Counted from the first letter of the stretch, positions 49,325 to 59,243 are shown. The stretch is DNA of 64,000 nt from an uncultured Gemmatimonadales bacterium (GCA_963850905.1 CAWKMU010000003.1:1536001-1600000); one strand, 5' to 3'. The notes: generated by a model from the letters alone, not told the origin. Made by a program: numbers and translations.

Positions 49325-50351
49325 TTACGCTCGAGAGTGACCCGCGGGCGCGGGAGCAGCCGTGAACGCAGCGGTCGTCGGATGTGACACCCGCCGGCGC
49401 GCGAGTGCCCCGCGCTCGTCGATCGCCCGCGCGTGGGTGCTCATGTTCACGAGACGGAAATGGCGCTGCAGAGCATGTACGACCCGGACGAACAGGTCTT
49501 TCTTGCGCGCGCTGGTCAAGTCCATGCCGGGGAAGAACCGCAGTGCGGGAGCCTGATCCCCACCGAGGAGATCGAGGGGGTGGAGCAGAAAACTCGGCTC
49601 GGTCCCCGTGAGGCGGCAGATCCCGAGTGCCGTCTCGAGATACCCCATCATGGCCGTCTCCGATACGCGGCTCAGATAGAGCAGATAACTCGAGATGGAA
49701 CGGCACCTTGATCCCCGGAATCGTCGTCACCGGGATCTCGAGGAGCGTGCGGCCCGAGGGCAGTGACCACCGGTACGGCCGCACTGGCCGGAGGCCGTCG
49801 CGCGCGCCGCCAAAGAGCGTCGCGCGCTCTTCACGCTGTGCGCGCGTGAGCCGGGCAGTCCAGAAGTAGTACGCGCGTGCGAGCGGGCCGAGATAGGTGG
49901 GGAGGGTAGACGCATCGTACAGGTATCCGCGGTCTACGAGGACCTCGAACAGCGCCGGACTCCAGCTGTATCCGGGGCCCCGAAATCCGAGCGTCCGCTG
50001 GCCCGTGGCCGCGTAGATTGCCGCTTCGGCGTCGGCGATCTCCTGTGCGACCCGCTCGGCCGAGTAGCGATTGAGCCAGGGCTCGTGCTCGAATGAGTGG
50101 TTGCCCAGCTCATGCCCTGCGGCGACAGCTGCGCGGAGATGCACGGCATTCGCGGGAACCACCGCATCGCACCCGACGACGAAGAACGTCAGCTGCACGC
50201 CGAGCTGATCAAGGACCGGGAGCACGGTCCCGAAAAAGGCGTCGTAGTACGACGGTCGCCGCTCCCATCCGGCGTCGCCGTGGGTCTTCATGTACGACCA
50301 TTGGTTGTCGACGTCGAGTGAGATGCTCGCGAGAGGCCGGGGGTCGTTCAT
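49325..50351 (-). pseudogene. Polysaccharide deacetylase with a +1 frameshift at ~49691
   Basis: SLDVDNQWSY, TFFVVG, HELGNHS, GFRGPG, EIPVTT...PFHL, then continues in another frame SYLLYL...LLHPLD...FFPGM (ORF 49325-49651). Confidence 0.8.
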
Positions 50352-51910
50352 GCGCGGGCCGGGACGATTTGGATGGGGGACGGTCCCCCACTGGCGCGGC
50401 CAGTGTTGTCCTGCGATCGCACTACGGCGTTCGTCACGACGGATGGTCCGGCGCCATTGCGCAAGAGTGGAGCGAGTGCGTCAGCCTGACGCGCGGCGAG
50501 CGCGAGCGTTTCGTTCACATTCAGCGTACCGTAGGCGATCTGCGCAGAGTTGACGACAAACACGTGATCGATTGATGTCGCGAGCGCGGGTAAGAAATCG
50601 CTCGAGTACTTCAGGGTGGAGATCGCTTGCACGTCTCGGGCCCGGGCGACGCGTGAGGCAATCACGTCGTCCACCCGGAAATCGGGATACATGCGAGCCA
50701 GTCCCTCGATCGACTCGCTCAGGATCGAACTGTCACTCCGTTGCCAGGTCGGGTCGCTCTGCGAGAGATAGCGTGGCAGATAGACCAACGTGTGGCCCCC
50801 GAACGTGGAGGGGTCGACCAACGCCGTCATCTCGATGACACCGGTAAAGGGCACCCAGGCGTCGGTGATGTTGGTGACATAGTATCCCGCGAGCGGCCGC
50901 CGGAGCAGCAGCGACGGGCAGATTACTCCCTGGTAAATCACCTTACGCAATCGCTCGCGTTCGGTCGCCGTCAACTGCGGGCACAACGTGGCCACTTGCC
51001 CACACGGGACAGTCAGGACGACGTCGTCGAATCGTTCAGTCCTGCGCTGTTCGGCGTTGGCGCCTTTCTCCTCTCCCCTCTCTCCTTTCTCGCGCGCCCC
51101 TGCGCCCGCACCCGCCGTATCGATCTCGGCGCCATGTCCGTCGCCGCGCACGGCGGTCGCGGGGCGGCTGCAGCGAATCTCGACGCCGCGAGCTTGCACG
51201 GCCGCCCGCAATCGCTGCAGCACCACGGAATATCCGCCCTCGACGTATCCGAACATCTCTCGCTTGAGCCCGGACCGGCGGGCGGCGTACAGGCGAGCGA
51301 TGATGGCCCAGATGAACGCCGCGCTTGCGTCCTGAGCATGCGGGCCGAGCTTGCTGCGCAACAGCGGAAGCCAGATCCGTTCGACGGTGCGGCGTCCCGA
51401 CAGGCGGGTGAGCCACTCGACGGCCGTGATCTTCTCCAGCGGTCGGGGGTCGGTGATGCGCGAGGCCGCGAGGATCGTCCAGGCAAGGCGAGCCTTGGAC
51501 CATAAGCCGAGCGGCGGGAACATCAGGAAGTCGAGGCTGGACGACATCGGCACGAGCCGGCCATCGACGAAGAACCCGGTACGAGTCGTCCGCCAATGCA
51601 GCTGGTCGGCGAGCCCGATTTCCTGCAACAGGTCGCGGAGGTAGCTGTCGGAGAGTAGTGTCACGTGGTAGAAGCGATCCCACGTGACCCCGCCGATGGC
51701 ATCGGCGCTCGCCAATCCGCCAACGGTCGGTGACGCCTCGAGGACCGTCACGCGGTGGCCTTGTTCGACGAGGCGGAGGGCCAGACCCAGGCCGAGCATG
51801 CCGCCACCGACAATACCAACGTGACGGCCCCGTCCGCCTTCTGCGGTGGCCGGTCGCCCGTTCGCCGGCGAGCTCACTGCATCCATCGCGCGCGGCCGTT
51901 CAGCGTACAC
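50348..51910 (-). CDS. FAD-dependent oxidoreductase (amine oxidase/protoporphyrinogen oxidase-like)
   Basis: IVGGGMLG, LE...VGGLA, DRFYH, GYVEGG, YYVTNI, TGVIEMT. Confidence 0.85.
   Translation of the reverse strand: MYAERPRAMDAVSSPANGRPATAEGGRGRHVGIVGGGMLGLGLALRLVEQGHRVTVLEASPTVGGLASADAIGGVTWDRFYHVTLLSDSYLRDLLQEIGLADQLHWRTTRTGFFVDGRLVPMSSSLDFLMFPPLGLWSKARLAWTILAASRITDPRPLEKITAVEWLTRLSGRRTVERIWLPLLRSKLGPHAQDASAAFIWAIIARLYAARRSGLKREMFGYVEGGYSVVLQRLRAAVQARGVEIRCSRPATAVRGDGHGAEIDTAGAGAGAREKGERGEEKGANAEQRRTERFDDVVLTVPCGQVATLCPQLTATERERLRKVIYQGVICPSLLLRRPLAGYYVTNITDAWVPFTGVIEMTALVDPSTFGGHTLVYLPRYLSQSDPTWQRSDSSILSESIEGLARMYPDFRVDDVIASRVARARDVQAISTLKYSSDFLPALATSIDHVFVVNSAQIAYGTLNVNETLALAARQADALAPLLRNGAGPSVVTNAVVRSQDNTGRASGGPSPIQIVPARA
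51064..51091. repeat. Heptamer tandem array inside a coding region
   Basis: CTTTCTC CTCTCCC CTCTCTC CTTTCTC; encodes low-complexity EKGERGEEKG. Confidence 0.6.
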
Positions 51911-53783
51911 GTGGCATCGTCACTCGCAGAACGGCGAGCCGTGCCAGCAACGCCAAGTGGCCAAGAATGGTCCGAAATACCTTCATCTTCGACCGGCCGA
52001 TCATACGGACTTCGAGTGTCGTGGGAAACTCGACGATCCTCGACCCGTGCAAATCGAGCCAGCCAAGCATTTCCGCTACGCCGAGGAATCCCGTGTGCTC
52101 GACGCGCACCGCGGCTGCGGCCGAACGTCGGTACACGCGGAAGCAGCTCGTGTAGGTCGCAAGCTTTTGGTGCAGCACCATGCGGTAGAGGTGCGACAGC
52201 GATTTCGACAACCCCAGCCTCCATCGGGGCACATTCCGGACGAGACCGTGCAGATGGTATGGCGACGCCGTGACGAGGTCTACGCCAGGTGCCAGCAGCG
52301 GAATCATGCGCGCGAGCTCGTGCGGATCGTAGGTGCAGTCACAATCCATCGAGCACACGATGTCGGTGGTCGCTCGCTGAATCCCCGTGAGGATTCCCGC
52401 TGCGACGCCGCAATTGACGGCGTGCCGAACGAATACGGAATTCGGTCGATCGCCAAAGACGCGGTGCAGCGCATCCCACGTGCCGTCGGTGCTGTGATCG
52501 TCGACGAAAATGAACGTGAAGTTGTATTCGGTCAGCTCGTTCTCGACGCTCGTCAGGGTGTTGGCGAGGTAGGGAAGGATCAGCTCCTCGTTGTAACACG
52601 GAATGACGACCGTCACCGACGTCGGCGTCGCGACGGCGATGACCGAGTCAGCGTCCACGGCCTCATCGCCGACCGCACTCTCGCCGGCCGGCAGCATCCC
52701 GGCGACGGAAAACGCCGGAAGCTCTGGCGGGGTCGGCGATACGATGGCGATGTCTGGGTTCTGCGGCACGATGTTGACGACGCCACCCGAGATTCGCCGC
52801 CGGCCCCGGACTTCCTCGGGGCGGAGGCTCTCCTGCTCCAAGCCGAGATAGGCGGCGGCGCTCGTGAACTCGTAGCGCTCCAGGAAATACCGCAGGTAGT
52901 CCGCCATCCGGTCGAGATTGCGGTATTGGCGCACGCGCGACACGAACGGCGCGGAGTTGATCTTGGGCTGGTCCGGGTCGAGCTCCCAGGTGTGGAAGTA
53001 CATGATGTAGGGCGCGGAGTACGTCCGCGTCCAATGCGCCACGGCCCGTCGCACGAAGCCGTGCGGCAGCTGGCGGAAGTAGTTCCCCCCGGCAATCGGG
53101 ACCAGCATGCCAAAGATGTCCGCGGTCGAGATCGGGAGCTCCCAGAGCGTCCGCTCGCCGTATCGGTGCAAATGCGCAAAGCGCCGCCACGGCTGCGAGC
53201 TGTAGGTCCGGAGAATGGGGCCGATGCTCGAGTCGTACTCGTACCCTTCCTCGGCCAGAACGTCGAGAGCCCATAGATCATGGGGTTGGAACCAGGCGTC
53301 GGCGACTCGATACCCGAGGATCCGGTGACCGCCCGCCCGCTCGAGCGCCTCACGAGCACGCGTCAGGTCGTCGCGGAATTCGGCCGGCGTGAGCTGACCG
53401 ATGTTGCGGTGATAGTACCCTTTGCTCGCGACCTCGTGACCACGCGCCGTGACGAGGCGAACGAGCTCGGGCATCGTATCCGCGACCCAACCAAGCACGA
53501 AGAAAGTGGCGCGTGCCTGGAACTGGTCGAGCAGGTCGAGCGCGCGCATCGTGCTGCCTTCGATACGGCGCTCGAACCGGTACCACTGGCCGCGCTGGAT
53601 GAGGTGATTGAAGGCGCCGACCTGGTAATAGTCCTCGAGGGCGATCGTCAGGATGTGAGGCCCGGTCGCGGACACTTCGGCGCCAAGACTCGTGCGCCGT
53701 GTCGGCACGAGTCCCAGCCCGGGGGAGGAGACCGGCACCGTCGCCGAGGGCGAGGAGGTCGGGGAGATCGCGGCACCGGGCAT
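51900..53783 (-). CDS. Fusion: DUF3473 polysaccharide deacetylase + GT2 (DPM-synthase-like)
   Basis: LEDYYQV, ATFFVLGW, GHEVAS, GGNYFR, YFHTWELDPDQP; then VIPCYNE, VDDHSTDGT, MDCDCTYDP, TASPYH, SCFRVYR. Start uncertain (53783, ~53870 or 53900). Confidence 0.85.
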   Translation of the reverse strand: MPGAAISPTSSPSATVPVSSPGLGLVPTRRTSLGAEVSATGPHILTIALEDYYQVGAFNHLIQRGQWYRFERRIEGSTMRALDLLDQFQARATFFVLGWVADTMPELVRLVTARGHEVASKGYYHRNIGQLTPAEFRDDLTRAREALERAGGHRILGYRVADAWFQPHDLWALDVLAEEGYEYDSSIGPILRTYSSQPWRRFAHLHRYGERTLWELPISTADIFGMLVPIAGGNYFRQLPHGFVRRAVAHWTRTYSAPYIMYFHTWELDPDQPKINSAPFVSRVRQYRNLDRMADYLRYFLERYEFTSAAAYLGLEQESLRPEEVRGRRRISGGVVNIVPQNPDIAIVSPTPPELPAFSVAGMLPAGESAVGDEAVDADSVIAVATPTSVTVVIPCYNEELILPYLANTLTSVENELTEYNFTFIFVDDHSTDGTWDALHRVFGDRPNSVFVRHAVNCGVAAGILTGIQRATTDIVCSMDCDCTYDPHELARMIPLLAPGVDLVTASPYHLHGLVRNVPRWRLGLSKSLSHLYRMVLHQKLATYTSCFRVYRRSAAAAVRVEHTGFLGVAEMLGWLDLHGSRIVEFPTTLEVRMIGRSKMKVFRTILGHLALLARLAVLRVTMPRVR

Positions 53784-53883
53784 TGGTTCGGCGGATCGCA
53801 ATTCCCGGACGACCTGAGAGTCAGAGATCGCGGCCAGCGCTGCGGCGGGCCAATGTGACAGCCGTTTCACGCTGGCAACTCCT

Positions 53884-53899
53884 CGCAAGCCGACGGCCA
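53884..53899 (-). promoter_or_regulatory. Putative sigma54 promoter of the long minus-strand operon
   Basis: Minus strand TGGCCGTCGGCTTGCG; IHF-like TGACAATCATTTA at 53959-53971; palindrome at 54048. Confidence 0.55.
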
Positions 53900-54047
53900 T
53901 CGGCGCGTGGCCAGGGCTGACGGGGCTGGCTCGGATACACGAGCGCTAACACGCAGAATGACAATCATTTACACACTTCCGCCACCCCAACGCCCGATGG
54001 TGATTCCCGACACCAAGTGGTGTGGAACCCGCGGGTGTCCCACACGG

Positions 54048-54065
54048 TGTCGCATATTGGCAACA
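54048..54065. promoter_or_regulatory. Enhancer-like palindrome TGTNGC-N6-GCNACA
   Basis: TGTCGC ATATTG GCAACA, intergenic. Confidence 0.62.
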
Positions 54066-54181
54066 CTTAGTCGACAGGACAGGTGCACAAGCTCTCAAGT
54101 CCGTATCCGCCGATGCGCGACTGCCGCTCGTCTGCCACGTGACGTGCAGCACACAAGGTATCGGCAGGCACTGGTCCGCGC

Positions 54182-55474
54182 GTGTTGACGCTGCTAGAGT
54201 CACATCTCGTGCCGCGTGGTGCTGGAGGAGCGCTGGACGGTCCGCTGTCAGTGCTGCACGTGCTGGCGCCGGCGCCGGCAGGAGGGCTCGAGCGGGTGGT
54301 GCGTACGCTCGCGCGCGCCCAAGCCGCGCGTGGCTACGGGGTCACGGTCGCGGCCGTCTTGACGGCTCCTGTCGTCGGGGCAAGTCGCGCGGCGCGGGCC
54401 GACACGAACGAAGCGGTGCTCGCATCGCTAGGGTGTGACGGAGCGACCGTCGTCCCGGTGATCGTGTCCGGACGTGGTTACAGGGAGGAGCGGCGGCAGG
54501 TTGCCGCCCTTGCGCAACGGCACGACGTGCGAGTCGCGCACACCCATGGCTACCGCCCCGATGTGGTCGATGCCGGTGCGTTGCGAGCACTCGGCCTGCC
54601 AGTGGTCTCCACCGTCCACGGCTTCACTGGCGGAGATTGGCGCAATCGCTTGTACCAACGCTTGCAGCGTTGGTCGTTCCGTCGTTTCGACGCCGTCGTC
54701 GCGGTCTCAGAACCGATGGTGAACGGGCTCGTCGCGTCGGGCGTGCCGGCCGCGCGCATCCGCGTTATTCCGAATGGGTACGCTCCGACGGCGCCGATCG
54801 TGTCGCGGAAGGCCGCCCGCGAATCGCTTGGCCTCCCGGCCGACGCGTACATCGTCGGCTGGGTAGGGCGCCTCTCCCACGAGAAAGGTCTTGATGTCCT
54901 GCTCGACGCGCTGGCACTGCTGCGCGATCGACCGATCGTGCTGGCGGTGGTTGGGGATGGCCGTGAACGCGCCCGGCTGCAGGCACGAGCCGCCGCGCTT
55001 CGGATCGCGCCGGCGATCCGATGGATCGGACTCGTACCGGATGCGGCGCCGCTGTACCGCGCGTTCGACGTGTTCGCGCTGAGCTCGCGGACAGAAGGGA
55101 CGCCGATCGCCCTCTTCGAGGCGATGGATGCCCTGGTGCCGGCGGTGGCGACCGCCGTGGGTGGCGTGCCGGCCGTCGTGTCATCCGCGGAGGCGCTGCT
55201 CGTGCCGCCCGACCAACCAGCGCAACTGGCGGAGGCGCTGCACACCGTGCTTGCAGATCCGGCTGCAGCGCGCACGCGCGCGTCGGCGGCGCGCGAGCGA
55301 CTCGTGAGGACGTACGGAGTCCACACATGGACCCAGCGATATGAGGACGTCTATCGGGAAGTGCTGGAACGGCGGGATCAGAGGTCAGGGGTAAGGGGTC
55401 AGGGAACGACCGAACGACCGAGGTCGGAGCCGACCGACACGGCGGTCCGAGGACGCAAGGATGTCGTCGCATGA
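54182..55474 (+). CDS. GT4 glycosyltransferase
   Basis: GGLE, HTHGYR, IPNG, GRLSHEKG, SSRTEGTPIALFEAM. Confidence 0.9.
   Translation: MLTLLESHLVPRGAGGALDGPLSVLHVLAPAPAGGLERVVRTLARAQAARGYGVTVAAVLTAPVVGASRAARADTNEAVLASLGCDGATVVPVIVSGRGYREERRQVAALAQRHDVRVAHTHGYRPDVVDAGALRALGLPVVSTVHGFTGGDWRNRLYQRLQRWSFRRFDAVVAVSEPMVNGLVASGVPAARIRVIPNGYAPTAPIVSRKAARESLGLPADAYIVGWVGRLSHEKGLDVLLDALALLRDRPIVLAVVGDGRERARLQARAAALRIAPAIRWIGLVPDAAPLYRAFDVFALSSRTEGTPIALFEAMDALVPAVATAVGGVPAVVSSAEALLVPPDQPAQLAEALHTVLADPAAARTRASAARERLVRTYGVHTWTQRYEDVYREVLERRDQRSGVRGQGTTERPRSEPTDTAVRGRKDVVA
55375..55409. repeat. Degenerate heptamer array in the GT4 3' end
   Basis: GGGATCA GAGGTCA GGGGTAA GGGGTCA GGGAACG. Confidence 0.5.
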
Positions 55475-56664
55475 TGAGTGTACGGGAGGCTGTGGGGCTG
55501 GTAATGGTGGCGACACCGATCGGGCTCCTGCTGTACGCCTACGTCGGGTATCCAGCGCTGTTGGCCGTGGTCGGCGCCATGCGCCGCGCACCGCCCAGAC
55601 CGAGTGAGCCGGCCGAGTGGCCCCACATCACGATCACGGTGCCAGCGTTCAACGAAGCCGGATCGATCGCGGCCACGATCGACCGGCTGCTCGCAACGGA
55701 CTATCCGGCGGATCGCCGCCACGTCCTCATCGTCTCGGATGCGTCGACAGACGGTACCGACGACATCGTGCGCACGTATGCGGGCCGTGGTGTCGAGCTG
55801 CTGCGACTGCACGTGCGAGGCGGCAAGACGGCGGCCGAGAACGCAGCCGCACGGGCGGTGCAGTCCGAGATCATCGTCAACACCGACGCGTCCGTACAGG
55901 TGCACCCGGCCGCCCTCAAGCCCCTGGTGCGTGCGCTCGAGGATCGGACCGTTGGAGTCGCATCCGGTCGCGACGTCAGCGCGGGCAATGTGGCGGTCGA
56001 AGGGAACGCCGGGGAGTCAGGGTATGTCGGGTACGAAATGCGTGTGCGTGCCCTGGAGACGCGGATCGGGTCCATCATCGGGGCGAGCGGCTGCTTCTAC
56101 GCCTTTCGTCGCTCGGTGTATGACGCGCAGTTCCCGCCGGAGCTGAGCCGCGACTTCGCGAGCGTGTTGATTGCGCGGGAGCAGGGGTACCGCGCGGTTT
56201 CGGTTGACGATGCCGTGTGCGTGGTGCCGCGTACGGTGTCACTCGACGCAGAATACCGCCGCAAGGTGCGCACGATGGCCCGCGGACTGGCGACGCTCTG
56301 GTACAAGCGGTCACTCCTCAACCCCTTTCGGTACGGCATGTTTGCCGTGATGCTGGCGAGCCACAAGCTCGTGCGGTGGCTCGTCTACGCCGCCCTGCCG
56401 TTCGGCGTCCTGGGTCTGCTACTTCTCGCACCCGACCAACCCGCCGCGATCGCCGCGCTGGCGGGCGCCACGGTCGGTGCGGTCCTTGGCGTGATCGGGC
56501 TCCGCTGGCCACCCCCCAGCGCACCCCCACGGGTCCTCGCACTCGCCGCGTTTGTCTGGGCGAGCGCCCTCGCCGGTGTCGTCGCCTGGCGCGATGCCTT
56601 GGCCGGCCGCCGGCGTGCCGTGTGGGAGCCGACGCGTCGGCCGGGTCCAGCGTCCAGCGTCTAG
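55471..56664 (+). CDS. GT2 glycosyltransferase (CESA-like, membrane-anchored)
   Basis: YAYVGYP, VPAFNE, SDASTDGTD, GKTAAEN, NTDA, GASGCFYA, EYRRKVR, SHKL.RW. Confidence 0.9.
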   Translation: MMSVREAVGLVMVATPIGLLLYAYVGYPALLAVVGAMRRAPPRPSEPAEWPHITITVPAFNEAGSIAATIDRLLATDYPADRRHVLIVSDASTDGTDDIVRTYAGRGVELLRLHVRGGKTAAENAAARAVQSEIIVNTDASVQVHPAALKPLVRALEDRTVGVASGRDVSAGNVAVEGNAGESGYVGYEMRVRALETRIGSIIGASGCFYAFRRSVYDAQFPPELSRDFASVLIAREQGYRAVSVDDAVCVVPRTVSLDAEYRRKVRTMARGLATLWYKRSLLNPFRYGMFAVMLASHKLVRWLVYAALPFGVLGLLLLAPDQPAAIAALAGATVGAVLGVIGLRWPPPSAPPRVLALAAFVWASALAGVVAWRDALAGRRRAVWEPTRRPGPASSV

Positions 56665-57554
56665 CCCTTCAGCCTCCACACACACACCGCGGCCCAGGCC
56701 GCGACCGTCAAGATCAGAGTGGGGTCGCCCCAGACGACCTCCGTCGGCGTCTCGCCTTTGCCGCCCGATTCGACGAGATACCAGTATCTGAAGAGGCCGA
56801 AGAGCACGAACGGCATGGTGACGTTGAGGCGTGGCCGGATCGTCACGACAAACAGACCATAGAACACGATCGCGCTCAACGCCGCGGTCTCGGCGTATCG
56901 GTCGAGGAGTGGCAGGGTGTAGAACTGCAGCACGGACCGAGTTGTCGCGCCGCTCGTGGCGAGCTCCTGGTGCCGTTTGATCACGGCGAGATACAGTGCG
57001 AGTGAGAGCGTCGTGATCAGCATCCATGATGAGACCGGGACGTCGATGGCAGCCGCGCCGGCGTAGACGCGAAATACGAAGCCCGCCGCGAGCGTGAAGA
57101 TGTCCACGACCGGTATCCGCTTCAGTCGGAGCGAATAGGCGATGTTGAGGGCGACGTAGCCCGTCGCGACGAGAGCCGTCGGCACGTTCCACGCGAATGC
57201 CGCGAGCACCAGCAACAAGAGCACGGCCAGCAGCGCCCGGGCTTGTGCCATCGACAGATCGCCCGACGCGAGCGGTCGTGTCCGAGACTTGACGGGGTGC
57301 CGTGCATCGGCCGGGGCGTCGATGATGTCGTTGAACACGTAGGCCGCGGACGCGGCAACGCAAAACAGCGCCGCGGCGAGCAGTGCGTTGCGCACTGCCG
57401 CGGGCTTCGTGAAGGACCCCGAGAAGATGAGCGGCGCCAGGACGAACGCGTTCTTGACCCACTGGCGGGGCCGCAGCAGACGGAGGGTCGCGCGCGCCGA
57501 GGCGCTTCGCGCCGCCCGTTGCAGCTTCGGGGGCGACGCGGGGACAGTCGTCAT
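56661..57554 (-). CDS. UbiA-family decaprenyl-phosphate phosphoribosyltransferase-like protein
   Basis: LRPRQWVKN, YVFNDIID...DARHPVK..RPLASG, YSL.LK, KR..EL, Y...LLD. Confidence 0.88.
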   Translation of the reverse strand: MTTVPASPPKLQRAARSASARATLRLLRPRQWVKNAFVLAPLIFSGSFTKPAAVRNALLAAALFCVAASAAYVFNDIIDAPADARHPVKSRTRPLASGDLSMAQARALLAVLLLLVLAAFAWNVPTALVATGYVALNIAYSLRLKRIPVVDIFTLAAGFVFRVYAGAAAIDVPVSSWMLITTLSLALYLAVIKRHQELATSGATTRSVLQFYTLPLLDRYAETAALSAIVFYGLFVVTIRPRLNVTMPFVLFGLFRYWYLVESGGKGETPTEVVWGDPTLILTVAAWAAVCVWRLKG

Positions 57555-57562
57555 GTCCCTAC

Positions 57563-58447
57563 CTACCACCCTCCGCGCTTGAACAGCATCACAGGCACAG
57601 TCTTCAACATAATACGAACATCTTCCGCGACGCTTTGTCGCCGCAGGTACTCGAGGTCGTAGCGGATCTTCTGCCGGACATCATCCAGGCTCTGATCGTA
57701 TGCGTGGTTGATCTGAGCGAGGCCGGTGATGCCGGGCTTGGCGCGATGGCGAAGACCGTACTCGGAGATATCCTTCCGGAGTTGCGCCACGATGGTCGGG
57801 CGCTCGGGTCGGGGGCCGACGATGTTCATGTCGCCCTTGAGCACGTTGAACAGCTGCGGTAGCTCGTCCAGCCGCGTCTTGCGCAAGAAACGCCCGACGG
57901 GCGTGGCGCGCGGGTCATCCGGCTTGGCCCACACGACCCCCGAAACGCGCTCTGCGTCCACGTTCATCGAGCGGAACTTGTAGATGGTGAAGACCGATCC
58001 GCCGGCGTCTCGAGCGCGGCGATCGTACAGCGCCAACGCACGCCGCGATCGGCGGTCGATGCCGACACGCGTCTGGGTGTAGAGGATCGGGCCCGGCGAG
58101 GTGAGGCGCACCAAGAGAGCCACGATCACGAAAACCGGTGCCAGCACAATGATCGCGACGACCGCGATCATGACATTGACGATGCGGTTCGCGACCGCCG
58201 AACGGGACCGGGGGACGACGCGGCTGATCGCGCCTGACGTCCGACTGGGGACCAAGCCATCGGCGTTGCGAAGCACTGGTATCGGCCGTTCGTCGTCCCC
58301 CAGCGCGCGGGCCACGCCGCCCGATGTCCGGCGAATGCGCAACTCGCCAGAGATGCGGGCCTGGGCAGTCGCCGCTGGTTTGGCCTCGCCCCGAATTGCT
58401 CCGATGGCCGACAGGTGGAAATCGCCGGGCGGCATCGATTGGTCCAT
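57563..58447 (-). CDS. Priming (bacterial) sugar transferase
   Basis: SPGPILY.Q.RVG, IYKFRSM, DDPR.T.VGRFLRKTRLDELPQL.NVLKGDM..VGPRPE, KPGITGLAQ. Confidence 0.93.
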   Translation of the reverse strand: MDQSMPPGDFHLSAIGAIRGEAKPAATAQARISGELRIRRTSGGVARALGDDERPIPVLRNADGLVPSRTSGAISRVVPRSRSAVANRIVNVMIAVVAIIVLAPVFVIVALLVRLTSPGPILYTQTRVGIDRRSRRALALYDRRARDAGGSVFTIYKFRSMNVDAERVSGVVWAKPDDPRATPVGRFLRKTRLDELPQLFNVLKGDMNIVGPRPERPTIVAQLRKDISEYGLRHRAKPGITGLAQINHAYDQSLDDVRQKIRYDLEYLRRQSVAEDVRIMLKTVPVMLFKRGGW

Positions 58448-58469
58448 GTTCCCCAGAGGTTCAGTCACG

Positions 58470-59243
58470 CTAGCGCGTCGCGATAATGGCAATGCTTGTC
58501 GCGATTCCCGCGACCGCAACAGCGATGCCGAGGTACCGGAGGAGATTGCCGCCCGGAGGACTCGCGGCCACCACGATCTCGTCACCCGGTCGCAGCGCGA
58601 GCTGGTCGACCGTTTCGCCGTTGGCCATAGCGGTTTGCAGCGTCTTGGCCGTGTAGACCGTTTGACCGCCGCGCTTAACTACGGTCTTCCCAAGATCCGA
58701 GCTATTGGTCAGCCCGCCAGCATGCATCAGCAGGCTGGTCGCCAGCTCGTCGGCAGCCACCGAGTAGTAGCCCGGCCGCGGCACCTGGCCCAAGACGGCA
58801 ATGCGGACCAGCGGAGTCGCGTGGACCACCGGATCCTTGATGTAGCGCGCCAAGTCGCGTGTGAGCGTGTCCTTCAGCTCCGCGTGAAGCACGCCGTGCA
58901 AGGTGACGTCCGGGATATTGGGCAGCCGGAGGACCTGACCCTCGCGCACGGTGAACGTGTCGGTCAGGGCGGGCTCGCCGCCGCCGGCGTCGGTCACGGC
59001 CAGGGCGATGCGGTCACCGACCTGGAAGTCACCGTTGGCAAGGCGTTCCTGCGCGGTCACAGCGGCCGGTCCGGACCCCGACGCGGCTTGCTGCAAGCTC
59101 GCTCGCGTCGAGAACGCACCGGTGCTGAGCGCGTCGGGTTGGTACGCTACACGCGCCGTGTCACCAGGTTGCTGGGCAGCACCTGCCACGGGCACGGCCG
59201 CGAGACCGCAGGCGATGCCAAGGAGCAGGCGGACGATCGTCAT
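58470..59243 (-). CDS. Wza-like polysaccharide export protein (Poly_export + SLBB)
   Basis: Signal peptide; FQVGDRI, LPNI, V.GQV.RPG.Y, AGG, LRPGDEI. Confidence 0.8.
   Translation of the reverse strand: MTIVRLLLGIACGLAAVPVAGAAQQPGDTARVAYQPDALSTGAFSTRASLQQAASGSGPAAVTAQERLANGDFQVGDRIALAVTDAGGGEPALTDTFTVREGQVLRLPNIPDVTLHGVLHAELKDTLTRDLARYIKDPVVHATPLVRIAVLGQVPRPGYYSVAADELATSLLMHAGGLTNSSDLGKTVVKRGGQTVYTAKTLQTAMANGETVDQLALRPGDEIVVAASPPGGNLLRYLGIAVAVAGIATSIAIIATR

Noticed and set aside
47442..50351. 969-aa deacetylase-asparagine synthase fusion as a novel enzyme
   Set aside because: The middle section is off-frame sequence; the real deacetylase C-terminus is in another frame and AsnB has its own MCG start.
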